A stretch of 64,000 nt of DNA, from contig JAZKFH010000039.1 in the NCBI GenBank assembly GCA_040386535.1, forward strand, positions 92,474 to 156,473, read 5' to 3'. The stretch's first letter is position 1. Each line of letters starts with the position of its first letter. Source of the DNA: Myxococcota bacterium. GTDB lineage: Bacteria; Myxococcota_A; UBA796; SXON01. The position numbers and the translations under genes were made by a program. Below the pieces are notes generated by a model. The model ran no database searches, was not told the DNA's origin, and saw nothing but the letters and a program-made list of their open reading frames with translations. This document shows, piece after piece, positions 38,960-49,122 of the stretch.

Positions 38960-39841
38960 ATGCTCGACATCCGCGCGCCCGACCACCTCGGGGACGGGGT
39001 GATGGCGCTCCCCGCCATCCGCGCGCTGGCGGCCCTCGGGCCCGCGCGGATCTACGCGCCGCGGTGGGGGCCGGAGCTCTACGAGGGCCTCCACGACGCG
39101 CTCCACGGCGCGCTCGAGGTGCGGCCCGTCACGGCGCGCCCCGACGGCGACATCGGCGTGCTCTTGAAGCCGAGCTTCGGCGCGGCGTGGCGGTGGCGGC
39201 ACCTGCCGCGGCGGATCGGCCTCGCAACCGCCGGGCGCGGCCCCCTCCTGACCGACGTGGTGCCCGTCCGCGCCGAGCACCGCCGCGAGGGGTTTGCCCG
39301 CGTCGCCGCCCTCCTGGGCGCGGAGGTCACCGGTCTGCCGACGTACAGCCGGCGCGGGCATGCGCCAGGCTCGCTCCCGGCCCGGTTCGTCGGCCTCAAC
39401 CCGTGGAGCCCGTCCGCCACGGTGCGATGGCCCCACTTCCGCGCCCTGGCCGATCAGCTCGTGGACGAGGGGCGCGGCGTCGTGTTCTTCGCCGGCCCGG
39501 GGGAGGGCGCCGCGGTCCGCGCGATCGCCGGGCCGCACGCCGTCGTCGAGGGCCTGTCGCTCCCCGACTTCGCCGCCGCCCTCGATCGGTGCGGCGTGTT
39601 CGTCAGCAACGACAGCGGCGCCGCCCACTTCGCCGCGGCGTGCGGCACGCGCGTGGTCGTCGTCCACGGCTCCACCACGGCGGCGCGCACCGGCGTAGGG
39701 GCCGCTGTCGAGGGCCCCGACCTCTGGTGCCGCCCCTGCTACGGCAAGCGCTGCTTCGTGGGCCTGGGCTGCCTCCGCGGCATCGATCCCGACGAGGTCG
39801 CCGCCGTGGTCGAGCGCGTCGCGGGGGAGAGCGCGGCATGA
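38960..39841 (+). CDS. GT9 glycosyltransferase (WaaF/heptosyltransferase-like)
   Basis: PDHLGDGVMALP, VSNDSGAAHFAAA, HGST, C-terminal CRPC..C..C. Confidence 0.88.
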   Translation: MLDIRAPDHLGDGVMALPAIRALAALGPARIYAPRWGPELYEGLHDALHGALEVRPVTARPDGDIGVLLKPSFGAAWRWRHLPRRIGLATAGRGPLLTDVVPVRAEHRREGFARVAALLGAEVTGLPTYSRRGHAPGSLPARFVGLNPWSPSATVRWPHFRALADQLVDEGRGVVFFAGPGEGAAVRAIAGPHAVVEGLSLPDFAAALDRCGVFVSNDSGAAHFAAACGTRVVVVHGSTTAARTGVGAAVEGPDLWCRPCYGKRCFVGLGCLRGIDPDEVAAVVERVAGESAA

Positions 39842-40665
39842 CCGTCCACGTCGTCATCCGCTACTCCTCGCTGGGCGACATCGTGTTGGCCGGCGCCGTC
39901 ACCGCCGCGCTCGGCAACGTCTGGTTCCTGACGCTGCCGCGCTACCACGACCTCGCGCGTCGCCTGGACGGCGTCGTGGGGGTGCTCGCCCCCGGCGATC
40001 CGCTCCCCGTCGGCGCGCGCGTGATCGATCTCCAGCACAACCTGCGCAGCCTGCGCGTCCCCGCCCATGCCCGCGTCGAGCGCCAGGACCTGCGGCGCCG
40101 CGCCCGCGTGTGGTGGAAGGCGCCCCCGGCCGACCCCGTCCTCACGCGCTACGGCCGCGCCGCCGCCGTGACGCCCCGGCCGCCGCCCTGGCTCCCGCCC
40201 GCGCGCCACGGGGACGCGCTGGTCCTGGCGCCCGGCGCCGCCCACGCCACCAAGCGGTGGCCGCACTGGAAGGCGCTCGCGGCGGCCTGGCCGGGCCCCG
40301 TGCGCGCGGTCGGTGGCCCCGGCGAGCAGGCGCTGGTCGGGCCGCTCGGGGGCACGTGCGAGGCGGGCTTCGAACACACGCTCGCGGCGTTCGAGGGCGC
40401 GGCCGTCGTCTGTGCGGGAGACACGGGGCTGCTCCATCTCGCCGCCGCCGTCGGCCTCCCCGTGGTCGGGCTCTTCGGCCCCACCACGTCCACCGACGGC
40501 TTCTTCAGCTACGGCGGCCATGCGGTGGAGCTCGACCTCGCGTGCCGCCCGTGCGCCCGCTTCGGCGGTCCCGTCTGCCCCGTAGGAGACCACCTGTGCC
40601 TCCGCGGCCTCGACGTCGCCACGGTCCTGCGGGCGTGCCTCGCCGCGGGCAGGGCGGCCGCATGA
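39838..40665 (+). CDS. GT9 glycosyltransferase (second copy)
   Basis: RYSSLGDIVL, IDLQ, APGAAHATKRWP, GDTGLLHLAAA, FGPT, CRPC. ATGA overlap with the upstream gene. Confidence 0.88.
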   Translation: MTVHVVIRYSSLGDIVLAGAVTAALGNVWFLTLPRYHDLARRLDGVVGVLAPGDPLPVGARVIDLQHNLRSLRVPAHARVERQDLRRRARVWWKAPPADPVLTRYGRAAAVTPRPPPWLPPARHGDALVLAPGAAHATKRWPHWKALAAAWPGPVRAVGGPGEQALVGPLGGTCEAGFEHTLAAFEGAAVVCAGDTGLLHLAAAVGLPVVGLFGPTTSTDGFFSYGGHAVELDLACRPCARFGGPVCPVGDHLCLRGLDVATVLRACLAAGRAAA

Positions 40666-41678
40666 CGTGGCACGTCGTCACGACGGACTACCCCCCGCGG
40701 GACGGCGGCGTCGCGACCTGGGCGGAGGGGGTTGCCCGCGCGCTCCACGACGCGGGAGAGCCCGTGCTGGTCCACGCCCGGGACGGCGCGCCCGCCGACC
40801 ACCCCGTGCCCTGCGTCCGGATGCTCGGGCGCTCGTGGGCGCGCTGGGGCTCGTGGTGGGCGGCCGGCTCCGTGCTGCCGCGCCTCCGCGACGGCGATCG
40901 CGTGGTTGCCGCCACCTGGCCGATGGCCACGCGCCTCCTCGGCGGAGCCGCGCGTCGGGACGTGCCCGTGTTCGTGGCGTGGCACGGCTCCGACCTGACC
41001 CGGCCCCCGCTGGTCGACGGGCTCGACCGCGTGCGGCGCTCCGCCATCCTCGTGCCGGTCTCGACCTACCTCGGCAGCCTGCTCGGTCAGCCCTACACCG
41101 TGCTCCCCGCGCCGATCGATCCGGTCGCGCCGGTGCCGCGGGGGGATCGCCTGCTCGTCGTGGCGCGGCTCGGCCCGCTCAAGGGGGTCGACCGCGCGAT
41201 CGCGCTCGCGAAGCGCCTGGGCCGCCCCATCACGGTGGTGGGCGAAGGGCCGGCCCGCGAGGGGCTCGAGGCGCTCGCCAAGGACCTTCGTGTCGACGCG
41301 ACGTTCACCGGCGCCTTGCCGCGAGAGCGGATTCCCTGGGCCGGCACGTGGGCGCTCGCGCTGCTCTCCCGCGCCGATCCCGCCGCTCCGGCGCGGATCC
41401 CGCGGGGGTGGGAGGTGCCGCCGGGCGGCGCCGGACAGGAGGGGCTCGGCCTCGTGCTGCTCGAGGCCGCCGCGCGCGGCATCCCGTCGATCGGCTCGCG
41501 CGTGGGCGGAATTCCGGAGGCCGCGAGCGTCATCCTCGACGATCCCGAGCACGGCGTGGTCCCTCCGTTGCCCGACGCGGACGACGTGCGGGCGGGGCTA
41601 GTGGCGCGCCACGGCTCCCGACGCGTGGTCGACGTGCTGCTCGGGTTGGCTCGCACCCGGCCGGATCGGGTATCCTGA
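40662..41678 (+). CDS. GT4 glycosyltransferase
   Basis: TDYPPRDGGVA, WHGSD, VARLGPLKGVD, EGLGLVLLEAAARG, GGIPEA. ATGA overlap with the upstream gene. Confidence 0.88.
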   Translation: MTWHVVTTDYPPRDGGVATWAEGVARALHDAGEPVLVHARDGAPADHPVPCVRMLGRSWARWGSWWAAGSVLPRLRDGDRVVAATWPMATRLLGGAARRDVPVFVAWHGSDLTRPPLVDGLDRVRRSAILVPVSTYLGSLLGQPYTVLPAPIDPVAPVPRGDRLLVVARLGPLKGVDRAIALAKRLGRPITVVGEGPAREGLEALAKDLRVDATFTGALPRERIPWAGTWALALLSRADPAAPARIPRGWEVPPGGAGQEGLGLVLLEAAARGIPSIGSRVGGIPEAASVILDDPEHGVVPPLPDADDVRAGLVARHGSRRVVDVLLGLARTRPDRVS

Positions 41679-41686
41679 CGCGCGCG

Positions 41687-43507
41687 ATGTCGGCCCCCAC
41701 TCCCCCAGACCCGTTGGACTTCAGCGCCGGTGACGCCCGGCTGGGGCCCTACCGCCTGTTGCGGCCGATCAGCGCCGGTGGCATGGCCCGCGTCTACGAG
41801 GGCCGGCTGGACTCGCTCGCCGGGGTGACCACACGCGTGGCGGTCAAGGTGATCCACCCGGACTTCGCCAACGAGGCGGCGTTCCAGGAGCTGTTCATCA
41901 CCGAGGCGCGGATCTCGGCGCGGCTCGAGCACCAGAACCTCGTGCGTATCCAGCAGTTCAACCGCGAGGGCAGCCTCTACTACCTGGTGATGGAGTACAT
42001 CGAGGGCGTCACCTTCCGGAAGATCATCTCGTTGTGCCGGCGCCATCGCCTGCAGCTCCCGGTGCAGGTCATCGCCGAGCTCGGCCGCCAGGTGTGCGAG
42101 GGGCTGCACTACGCGCACAACCTCGCGACCGACTCCGGCGAGCTGCTCCACCTCGTCCATCGCGACATCAAGCCCTCCAACTTGATGCTCAACGCGCACG
42201 GCGTCGCGAAGGTGCTCGACTTCGGCATCTCCTCCGCGCACGGCACGCCCGAGGCCGCGGGCGCGGTCAAGGGCACCTGGGGCTACATGGCCCTGGAACA
42301 GGCGGAAGGGGGCCAGGTCGGGCCCGCGGCCGACGTGTTCGGCCTCGGCGCCGTGCTCTACGAGCTCGCGGCGCTCGAGCCGCTCTTCAGCGAGAAGGAC
42401 AACGCCCACATCCGGGCACGGCTCCTGGACGACACGGGCGCGGCGCGGGCGGCGGCGCTCGGCGGCGCGTGGTCCGACCTCGGCGGCGTGCTCGTTCGCG
42501 CGCTCCAGCGCGACCCCGACGCGCGTCATCGCAACGCCGCGGTATTCGGGCGGGCGCTCTCCACGCTCGTGGTCGATCCGGTGGGCGTGCACGACAGCCT
42601 GACCCGCCTGTTCAAGGAGCTTCGCGCCCTGGAAGGTGCGCCCCCCGCGCAGCCCCAGCAGGAGAAGCAGCGCTCCATGCCGACGATGTCGCGTGCGGGC
42701 CTCGGCAGCCCGCGGATCCAGCCGCCCCCGTCGCTCCCGGTGCGCTTCGGTGACTCACACGGCGTCGTGCCGCCCACGGCCGCGGCCGCCCCGAACGGCC
42801 GGCTCCCCGCAACCCTCGCCGCCGCCGGCCTCCTCACCGTGGCGCTGGCGGTGCTCGTCTTCGCGGCGTGGCAGCTCATGTTCGGGACCCCCCGCCGCAC
42901 CGTGGCGGCCGCCCCGCCCGTCACGATCGCGGCGGTGCCTGCCGCCCCTCCCGCCCCTCCCGCGCCTGTCGTCGTCCCGAAGCCGGTCGCGGCTCCGGTT
43001 GCGACGGTCGCCGCGCCTGCGCCCGTCGTGACGCCCGCCGTGTCGACAACGCCCGTGACGACCCCCGCCGCGTCCACGAAGCGCTCGACCCCCACGGCGA
43101 CCACCGCCGCATCGAGCTCGTCGTCGGCTTCGCCCGAGCCCGACGCGCCGGTGCGCATCGTCCCGTCGTCCACCGCTTCCACCAGCGCGACGCCGACGAC
43201 CACGACGCCCGCGACCACCACCCCCGCAGCGACCACGACCACCACGCCCGCGTCCACCCAGGCCACCGAGACCCGGCGCGCCGAGGGCCTCCTCACGATC
43301 AGCTCGATGCCGCGCGCCCAGGTGATGATCGACGGGCAGTACGTCCGCTACACACCCATCTTCCAACACTCCGTGTCCGCGGGCAGCCACACCGTGCTGC
43401 TCGTCGCGGAGGACGGCCGCCGCAAGAGCTTCAAGGTCGACGTCGTCGCGAATGGCGACACCCGTCGCATCTGGCTGTTCGACGAGGATCGGTGGAGTGA
43501 GCCTTAG
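41687..43507 (+). CDS. Membrane Hanks-type Ser/Thr protein kinase with C-terminal PEGA-like domain
   Basis: AGGMARVY, VAVK, HRDIKPSN, DFG, GTWGYMALEQ, DVFGLG; TM helix; Pro/Thr linker; LTISSMPRAQVMIDG. Confidence 0.92.
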   Translation: MSAPTPPDPLDFSAGDARLGPYRLLRPISAGGMARVYEGRLDSLAGVTTRVAVKVIHPDFANEAAFQELFITEARISARLEHQNLVRIQQFNREGSLYYLVMEYIEGVTFRKIISLCRRHRLQLPVQVIAELGRQVCEGLHYAHNLATDSGELLHLVHRDIKPSNLMLNAHGVAKVLDFGISSAHGTPEAAGAVKGTWGYMALEQAEGGQVGPAADVFGLGAVLYELAALEPLFSEKDNAHIRARLLDDTGAARAAALGGAWSDLGGVLVRALQRDPDARHRNAAVFGRALSTLVVDPVGVHDSLTRLFKELRALEGAPPAQPQQEKQRSMPTMSRAGLGSPRIQPPPSLPVRFGDSHGVVPPTAAAAPNGRLPATLAAAGLLTVALAVLVFAAWQLMFGTPRRTVAAAPPVTIAAVPAAPPAPPAPVVVPKPVAAPVATVAAPAPVVTPAVSTTPVTTPAASTKRSTPTATTAASSSSSASPEPDAPVRIVPSSTASTSATPTTTTPATTTPAATTTTTPASTQATETRRAEGLLTISSMPRAQVMIDGQYVRYTPIFQHSVSAGSHTVLLVAEDGRRKSFKVDVVANGDTRRIWLFDEDRWSEP

Positions 43508-45026
43508 CGCCGGCCTCGTCCTCGGCGCGATGATGGGGTGGGCGGCCACACCTCCGGAGGTGACGCCCCGGAGTGCCACATCCGTGGTGGCGGTGTTGCC
43601 GCCCGAGGTCTCCGAGGCGCGCGTGGCCGGGCTGCGCGAGGCGCTCGTCGGCCTCGGATACCCCAACGTGGTGCTCGTCCCCGCGCTCGACTTCGCCGCG
43701 GCGGCCCAGCTGGTGCGCGTCGAGGGGCTGCCCAGCGCCGACGAGTGCGACCGGCGCGTGCCCATCGACGACTGGCGCCGCCGCTTCGAGGCCGCCCGCG
43801 CGGGGTTCCAGCTCCTTGCCTTCGGGGACGCGCTCGCCGCGCTCGTGTCCCTCGACCTCGAGCTCGTCTGCCTCTCGTCGGCCCCCGCCGCCTCCGACCT
43901 GTTCCGCCTCGAGCTCGGCCTCGCCGAGGCCCACACGTTCCTCGCCCAGGCCGCCGGGGGCGACGCGGGGCGGCGCACCTTCCACGAGGACGAGGCGAGC
44001 GGCGCACTTTTGCGGGCGGCCAGCTTCGGCGCGTCGTTGTCGGCGCCCCCCGATCTGTCGCCCGAGGTGCTCTCCGCGTACGACGAGACTCGGCGCCGGA
44101 GCACGCGGGAGGACGAGCCGCGGATGCTGGTCACGGGCCCCGGCGCGCGTGTGGGCGCCCGCGTCAACGGCCGGCCGCTCCCCGGCATCGCCTTCGACGC
44201 GGTGCACGGCGCGAACCTCGTGCAAGCCGCCGACGCCTCCACGATCACGGCCGCCGCGCGCTTGCGCCTCACCGGGGGCCGCACCCTCGTGTGGCTCGCG
44301 CCGGAAGGCGCCCCGCCCTCGACCCTCACCGTGGACATCGCGCTCGCCGCGCTCGCCGAGGGCCACCTCGACGCGGACGGGCGCACGTTGCTCGCCGCGG
44401 CGGGGCAGCTCGTCGGGGACGGCGCCCCGGTGCTGTACCTCGTGGACGACCGCGCGGGGCTCGCGCTCTGGACCGACGAGGGGGACGGACTCGCGCCGAA
44501 GGAGGCCGATCGCACCCCACCGGGGCCCGTCGAGGCGTGGCGGTTCGTCCTCGGGGCCGGGCCCGCGGGCGGGTGGAGCTCGGTCGCGGGCGGCGCGCTC
44601 GACGGCCTGGGGGGGCTCAACGCGGGCGCCTCCGTGTACACTCGCATCGCGCTGAACGACTGGCTGGCCTTGGCCGTGACCGTCGATCCCTGGGCCGTCG
44701 CGGCGCCGATCCCGATGGAAGAGGGCGGCGGCACGTTGTTCCGCGCCACGGTCCCCGCCCGCGCCGGCGTGCGCTTCGGCCCGCGCACCTCCCGCTTCGC
44801 CGTCGAAGGCGGGGTGGACGCGGGCCTGCACTGGTTCGGGACGTTCCCCGAGGGCGGCGCGGAGGGCGCCGCTGAGGTGCCGCGGATGAGCTTCCTCGCG
44901 AGCGGCGTCGTGGGGGCGTCCGGAGCCATCGGTCCGCGCGCGGGGCTGAGGGTCCAGGGCTGGTTCGGCGCGGGGCTCGGCTACGTCGCGGGCGGCGCGA
45001 GCCTCGGGCTGGAGGGGCGGCTGTGA
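43497..45026 (+). CDS. Exported hypothetical protein with a C-terminal beta-strand-rich (outer-membrane-like) region
   Basis: N-terminal hydrophobic signal-like segment from GTG 43497; alternating Gly/aromatic strands ending SLGLEGRL; overlaps the kinase stop. Confidence 0.6.
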   Translation: MSLSAGLVLGAMMGWAATPPEVTPRSATSVVAVLPPEVSEARVAGLREALVGLGYPNVVLVPALDFAAAAQLVRVEGLPSADECDRRVPIDDWRRRFEAARAGFQLLAFGDALAALVSLDLELVCLSSAPAASDLFRLELGLAEAHTFLAQAAGGDAGRRTFHEDEASGALLRAASFGASLSAPPDLSPEVLSAYDETRRRSTREDEPRMLVTGPGARVGARVNGRPLPGIAFDAVHGANLVQAADASTITAAARLRLTGGRTLVWLAPEGAPPSTLTVDIALAALAEGHLDADGRTLLAAAGQLVGDGAPVLYLVDDRAGLALWTDEGDGLAPKEADRTPPGPVEAWRFVLGAGPAGGWSSVAGGALDGLGGLNAGASVYTRIALNDWLALAVTVDPWAVAAPIPMEEGGGTLFRATVPARAGVRFGPRTSRFAVEGGVDAGLHWFGTFPEGGAEGAAEVPRMSFLASGVVGASGAIGPRAGLRVQGWFGAGLGYVAGGASLGLEGRL

Positions 45027-45412
45027 GCGACACCGGCCGGGACACGGCGCTGCCCGACGGGTGTGTCCCCGAGGACGAGGTGCCCTACAACGGGCGCGAC
45101 GAGGACTGCGACGGCGAGGACCTCGTCGACGTGGACGGAGACGGCGCCGACGCCGCCCGCGTGGGGGGAGGGGACTGCGACGACGCCGATCCCGCCGTGT
45201 CTCCCGACGCCGCGGAGGCCTGCGACAACCTCCTGGACGACGATTGTGACGGAGTGACGGACGAGGGCTGCGCCGTTGCCTCGGCGGGCCCCGCCGATCC
45301 CGGCGGCATCTCCTGGGTTTGCGGTCCCGACGGCCCCGCGCCGGCCGCGCCCGCCCTGCTCGTCGCGTTCGCCCTGGTGCTGATACGTCGCGTGTACACA
45401 GGGAACGCATGA
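45023..45412 (+). CDS. Small protein with two Asp/Cys metal-binding-like repeats and a C-terminal membrane anchor
   Basis: YNGRDEDCDG, DVDGDG, DCDD...EACDNLLDDDCDG; C-terminal Cys, hydrophobic helix and RR (MYXO-CTERM-like). Confidence 0.65.
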   Translation: MSDTGRDTALPDGCVPEDEVPYNGRDEDCDGEDLVDVDGDGADAARVGGGDCDDADPAVSPDAAEACDNLLDDDCDGVTDEGCAVASAGPADPGGISWVCGPDGPAPAAPALLVAFALVLIRRVYTGNA

Positions 45413-45837
45413 GGCTGCTCTTCGTCGACGACGAGCCCGAGAACGTCGAGCTCGTCGCGCGCACGCTCCGGGAGGCGCTGGGGGCCGACGTGAAGGTGGT
45501 GACCACGGTGGAGGAGGCGGTGGCCGAGCTCCACAACGGCGGCGAGCCCATCGATCTGGTCGTGACCGACCTGTTCATCCCGCTCGGTCACGAGCGCGGC
45601 GGAGCGCTGGGCCCGCGCGCCCGTCGCTACGCGGAACAGCTCGAACACCTCGGCGGGCTGGTGCTGCTCGACGAGCTGGACCGGGTCGAGCCGCACCCGC
45701 TGCTGCTTGCCCACACCGCCTGCACGGACCGCATCCTCATCGAGCTGCTGGGCGAGCGCGTCGTGGAGCGCGTGCGCAAGCCGGCGCCGACCGAGGTCCT
45801 GCTGGACGCGGTGCTGCGGGCGCTACGGAGCCGCTAG
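45409..45837 (+). CDS. Single-domain response regulator receiver
   Basis: MRLLFVDDE, DLVVTDL (phospho-Asp), HTA, RKP. ATGA overlap. Confidence 0.8.
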   Translation: MRLLFVDDEPENVELVARTLREALGADVKVVTTVEEAVAELHNGGEPIDLVVTDLFIPLGHERGGALGPRARRYAEQLEHLGGLVLLDELDRVEPHPLLLAHTACTDRILIELLGERVVERVRKPAPTEVLLDAVLRALRSR

Positions 45838-47202
45838 GATCGGGCCCGGCGGCGCCTGGTTGGCCGCCACCTTCCGCTTGCCGGCGAAGAAACGCACGCC
45901 GAGGGCCCCCGCGGCGCGGAACCACACCCAGGGCGGGACCAGGAGCGAGCGGCCCGGGAGGAGCGGCTCGGGCGTGGTGGCCGGGCGGCACGGGAGCTGC
46001 GGGTGGACCTCGGCAACCCAGCGCGGACCGTCCTCGTCGAGGACCAGCTGGGTGTGCGGATCACACATCTCGGGGAGGAAGCGGGCGATCCACGCCACGG
46101 TCTCGCGGGTGGCGGGCTCTGTCAGGATGACCGGGCTGGCGAGGCGGAGCGTGGCACCCTCTCCCTCGATGTTCAGGACGCGGAAGCCGAGGCCCGGGGG
46201 GCCCGACACCAGCTGCTGCGCCACGTTCGCGTGGACCTTGGCCCGCGGGACGTTGAACGTGCCGGGGGCCTGGGTGCGCACCACGGCGTCGCGATCGATC
46301 CGCAGCTCCTCGATCTTGCCCGGCACCCAGCTCATCCAGCGCGCGTCTACCGCGAGGGCGTCTTCCAGGTAGGCGAGCTCGGCGAACTCGCACTCCTCGA
46401 AACGCCCGCCGATGGCGACGGCGAACCGGCTGCGCAGCTCGTCGAGTTGGCGGCGGGTGAGGGCGCGGCCACGCGCATTGACCTCCTGCGCGAGCAGGAT
46501 CCAACGCTCCGGCTCGCGGAGGTGTTGGGACCGCGCGAGCAGATTGCGCACGCGGTCCTCGTCCAGATCGTCGTCACGCACGATGGTCACGAAGCTGCCG
46601 AGAGCATGCCGCTCGTCAGGCTTCTCGAGGAGGATACCGACCGCCTGGGCGATCTGCTCGTTCTCCGAGATGACGGCGACCGCGCGGTGGGGCTCGGCCT
46701 CGGCGTGCGCGCCGCGGGCGAGCGCCCAGAGGCGGTCGCTCGTAGGGATGTGCCCCTCGTCCATGACACGCCGCAGGGCTTCGAGGTCACGGATCTCCGC
46801 GCTCATCCCACCCAGCACCCGGCGCAGCCAACCGGCCTCCTGGATGAGGTCGTCCGCCCACTCCTGGCCCGCCTCCGCCCAGTTTTTCGACTTTCCCCGC
46901 TCCTCCCGGTGCCACACGCACACCATGAAGCTCATCAGGTGGGCGACCTGGTACCGGAAGTAGGGCCCGGGCGGAAACTTGAGGCGATCCGCGACCCATT
47001 CCCGGAGCGGCGCCGGGAGTTGGCGGGCGCGCTCGCGGATTGTCTCGGCCTCCGCTGTCCCCACCGTTCCATCCGCCCAGGCGACGACGAGCATCGGCAG
47101 GAATGGCAGGATGGTCGGTTCGGGGTCTGCAAAGCCGAGATCGCGCCAGAGGCGGCGGTCGATGGCGGCGAGGAGGTCCGATCTACGTGGGGTGTAGGTC
47201 AC
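45823..47202 (-). CDS. Hypothetical protein with a TerB-like N-terminal motif
   Basis: 459-aa ORF with protein-like composition; LVVAWADGTVGTAEAETI resembles the TerB AxADG..E motif. Confidence 0.55.
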   Translation of the reverse strand: MTYTPRRSDLLAAIDRRLWRDLGFADPEPTILPFLPMLVVAWADGTVGTAEAETIRERARQLPAPLREWVADRLKFPPGPYFRYQVAHLMSFMVCVWHREERGKSKNWAEAGQEWADDLIQEAGWLRRVLGGMSAEIRDLEALRRVMDEGHIPTSDRLWALARGAHAEAEPHRAVAVISENEQIAQAVGILLEKPDERHALGSFVTIVRDDDLDEDRVRNLLARSQHLREPERWILLAQEVNARGRALTRRQLDELRSRFAVAIGGRFEECEFAELAYLEDALAVDARWMSWVPGKIEELRIDRDAVVRTQAPGTFNVPRAKVHANVAQQLVSGPPGLGFRVLNIEGEGATLRLASPVILTEPATRETVAWIARFLPEMCDPHTQLVLDEDGPRWVAEVHPQLPCRPATTPEPLLPGRSLLVPPWVWFRAAGALGVRFFAGKRKVAANQAPPGPILAAP

Positions 47203-47285
47203 GCATCACCACGGTTTGATCGCACCGCGTCGAGAGTGTATGAGGCTCGGCCCAGGACGGCCGGCCGCGGGCCATCGGAGATAGC

Positions 47286-49082
47286 ATGTCCCGCAACGCG
47301 GGTCGAATCGGCTGGCTGCTCGTTTGGGCGGTGGTCTTCTGTGACATCGGAAGCTCGGTCTACTACACACCGGGCATCCTCTACGATGTGGCAGGCGATC
47401 GTGCCGGCATCTTCGTCCTCTTCACCATGCTCGCCTTCCTGCTCCTCTGCGTGAAGGTGGTCGAGGTGACACGGCGCTTCTCCGGCGGCGGCGGCGTCGT
47501 GAGCGTGGCGGACAAGGCGTTCGGGCCCTGGTGGGGGTGCGCGGGCGGCCAGCTCATCATGGTCGACTACTTCCTCACCGTCGCGATCAGCGCGGTGTGC
47601 GCCGTCTACTACGTCGACAGCGTCCTCCCCCTCGGGCCCCTCGTCCTCCCCGTCACCCTCCTGTGCCTCGGGGCCCTCGCGGGGCTCAACATCGTCGGCA
47701 TCAAGGAGAGCGCGCTGGTGAGCACGGTGCTCGCCGGGAGCGCCTTCCTGGTGAACCTCCTCGTCATCGGGACCGCGCTGTTCAGCGCCCCGCCCGACAT
47801 CCTCGCCGCGATCCCCCGGGAGTTCGCCTCCCTCCGCTCGCTGACGCCGACCCAGGCCCTCGTCGGCTACTCGGGCGCGTGGCTCGCGTTCTCCGGCCTC
47901 GAGTCGCTCGCCCAGCTCGCCCCCGCCATGCGCGATCTCCACCTGACGCCCCGCCGCGGCATGATCGCCGTCGCGGTGAGCGTCGTGCTCACCGCGCCCG
48001 CGCTCACCTTCCTCTCCACGGCTACCCTGCCCGGCTCCGTGAAGTCCCACGCCAGCGAGCGTCTCGTGGCCGAGCTCGCCGCGGTGTGGGGCGGGTACGG
48101 CCTCCAGATCGCCGTGGTGCTCACGGCCTGTTCGCTCCTCCTGTTGGCGGCCAACACCGCGATCATCGGTAACTACCACGTGCAGTTGGCGCTCACGCGG
48201 CGCGACTTCCTCCCGCACGGCCTCGGCGCGCTCTCCCACCGCTTCCAGACCCCGTACCGCGCCATCCTGCTCGGGACCGTCGTCCCCGCCGTCGTGCTGC
48301 TCACCGTGGGCGGCGACATGAGCCGCCTCGGCGAGCTCTACGCGTTCGGCCTGCTCGGCTCCTTCGTGCTCACGAGCGTCGGGATCGACGTGCTGCGGTA
48401 CCGCGACGGGGAGCGCGGGTGGATGTTCTGGGTGGGCATCCTCACCAGCGTGGCGGTGGTCGTCGCCTTCGCCGCCATCCTCGTCAGCAAGCCGACCGCC
48501 ACCCTCTTCGGCGGCGGGCTCACGGCGTTCGGGATGGCGATCGCCGTCGGCACCCACACCGGTTGGTTCGAGCGCACGCTCGCCCGGCTTCCGCGCATGG
48601 CGCCGCCCCGCGAGGTCGAGCACGCCGAGACCCCGTTCTTCACGGTGGCGCAGGCCCGCGCCCTGCCGAAGGGCAACACGCCCGGCATCCTCGTCGCGAG
48701 CCGCGGCGCCACCCGCAAGATCTTCCGCGAGGCGTGCGACCGGGCGAAGAGCCGCGGGCAACACCAGATCTTCCTCCTCTACGTGGACGAGATCCCCGGC
48801 CTCTTCTACCCCCAGCTCGCGTCCCCCACGCCGGAGGGCCTCACGGTCCTCCACGCGGGCTGCGAGGTGATCCGCGATCTCGGCATCGAGGCGGTCCCCG
48901 TGTGGGGCCTCTCGCACTCGGCGCCGGGCACCGTCGTCGACGCCGCCGAGCAGCTCGGCTGCGACACCCTGGTGATCGGCGCGACACAACGCACGTTCCT
49001 CTGGCATGCCCTGCGCGGGCGGTTCATCCAGGAGCTGTTGCGCCTGCTCCCCGAGCACGTCCGTCTCATCGTGGTCGGGTGA
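47286..49082 (+). CDS. APC-superfamily transporter (KimA/YdaO-like) with a C-terminal USP-like domain
   Basis: DIGSSVYYTPG, GGGVVS, VDYFLTVAIS, FSGLES, LYAFG; about 12 TM helices; C-terminal LGCDTLVIGA...LRG. Confidence 0.85.
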   Translation: MSRNAGRIGWLLVWAVVFCDIGSSVYYTPGILYDVAGDRAGIFVLFTMLAFLLLCVKVVEVTRRFSGGGGVVSVADKAFGPWWGCAGGQLIMVDYFLTVAISAVCAVYYVDSVLPLGPLVLPVTLLCLGALAGLNIVGIKESALVSTVLAGSAFLVNLLVIGTALFSAPPDILAAIPREFASLRSLTPTQALVGYSGAWLAFSGLESLAQLAPAMRDLHLTPRRGMIAVAVSVVLTAPALTFLSTATLPGSVKSHASERLVAELAAVWGGYGLQIAVVLTACSLLLLAANTAIIGNYHVQLALTRRDFLPHGLGALSHRFQTPYRAILLGTVVPAVVLLTVGGDMSRLGELYAFGLLGSFVLTSVGIDVLRYRDGERGWMFWVGILTSVAVVVAFAAILVSKPTATLFGGGLTAFGMAIAVGTHTGWFERTLARLPRMAPPREVEHAETPFFTVAQARALPKGNTPGILVASRGATRKIFREACDRAKSRGQHQIFLLYVDEIPGLFYPQLASPTPEGLTVLHAGCEVIRDLGIEAVPVWGLSHSAPGTVVDAAEQLGCDTLVIGATQRTFLWHALRGRFIQELLRLLPEHVRLIVVG

Positions 49083-49122
49083 CCGGGTTGCGAACCTCCT
49101 TCGCCCGAGGCACGCTGCGCAC

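Noticed and set aside
46787..46897. In-frame G-GGA-AAG heptamer in the TerB-like gene
   Set aside because: Single occurrence, no convincing hairpin at 5-9 nt, SD-like sequence too close, and no evident domain logic; probably chance.
47203..47285. Possible c-di-AMP (ydaO) riboswitch ahead of the KimA-like transporter
   Set aside because: The intergenic space is only 83 bp, shared with a divergent gene, and shows no recognisable riboswitch motifs.
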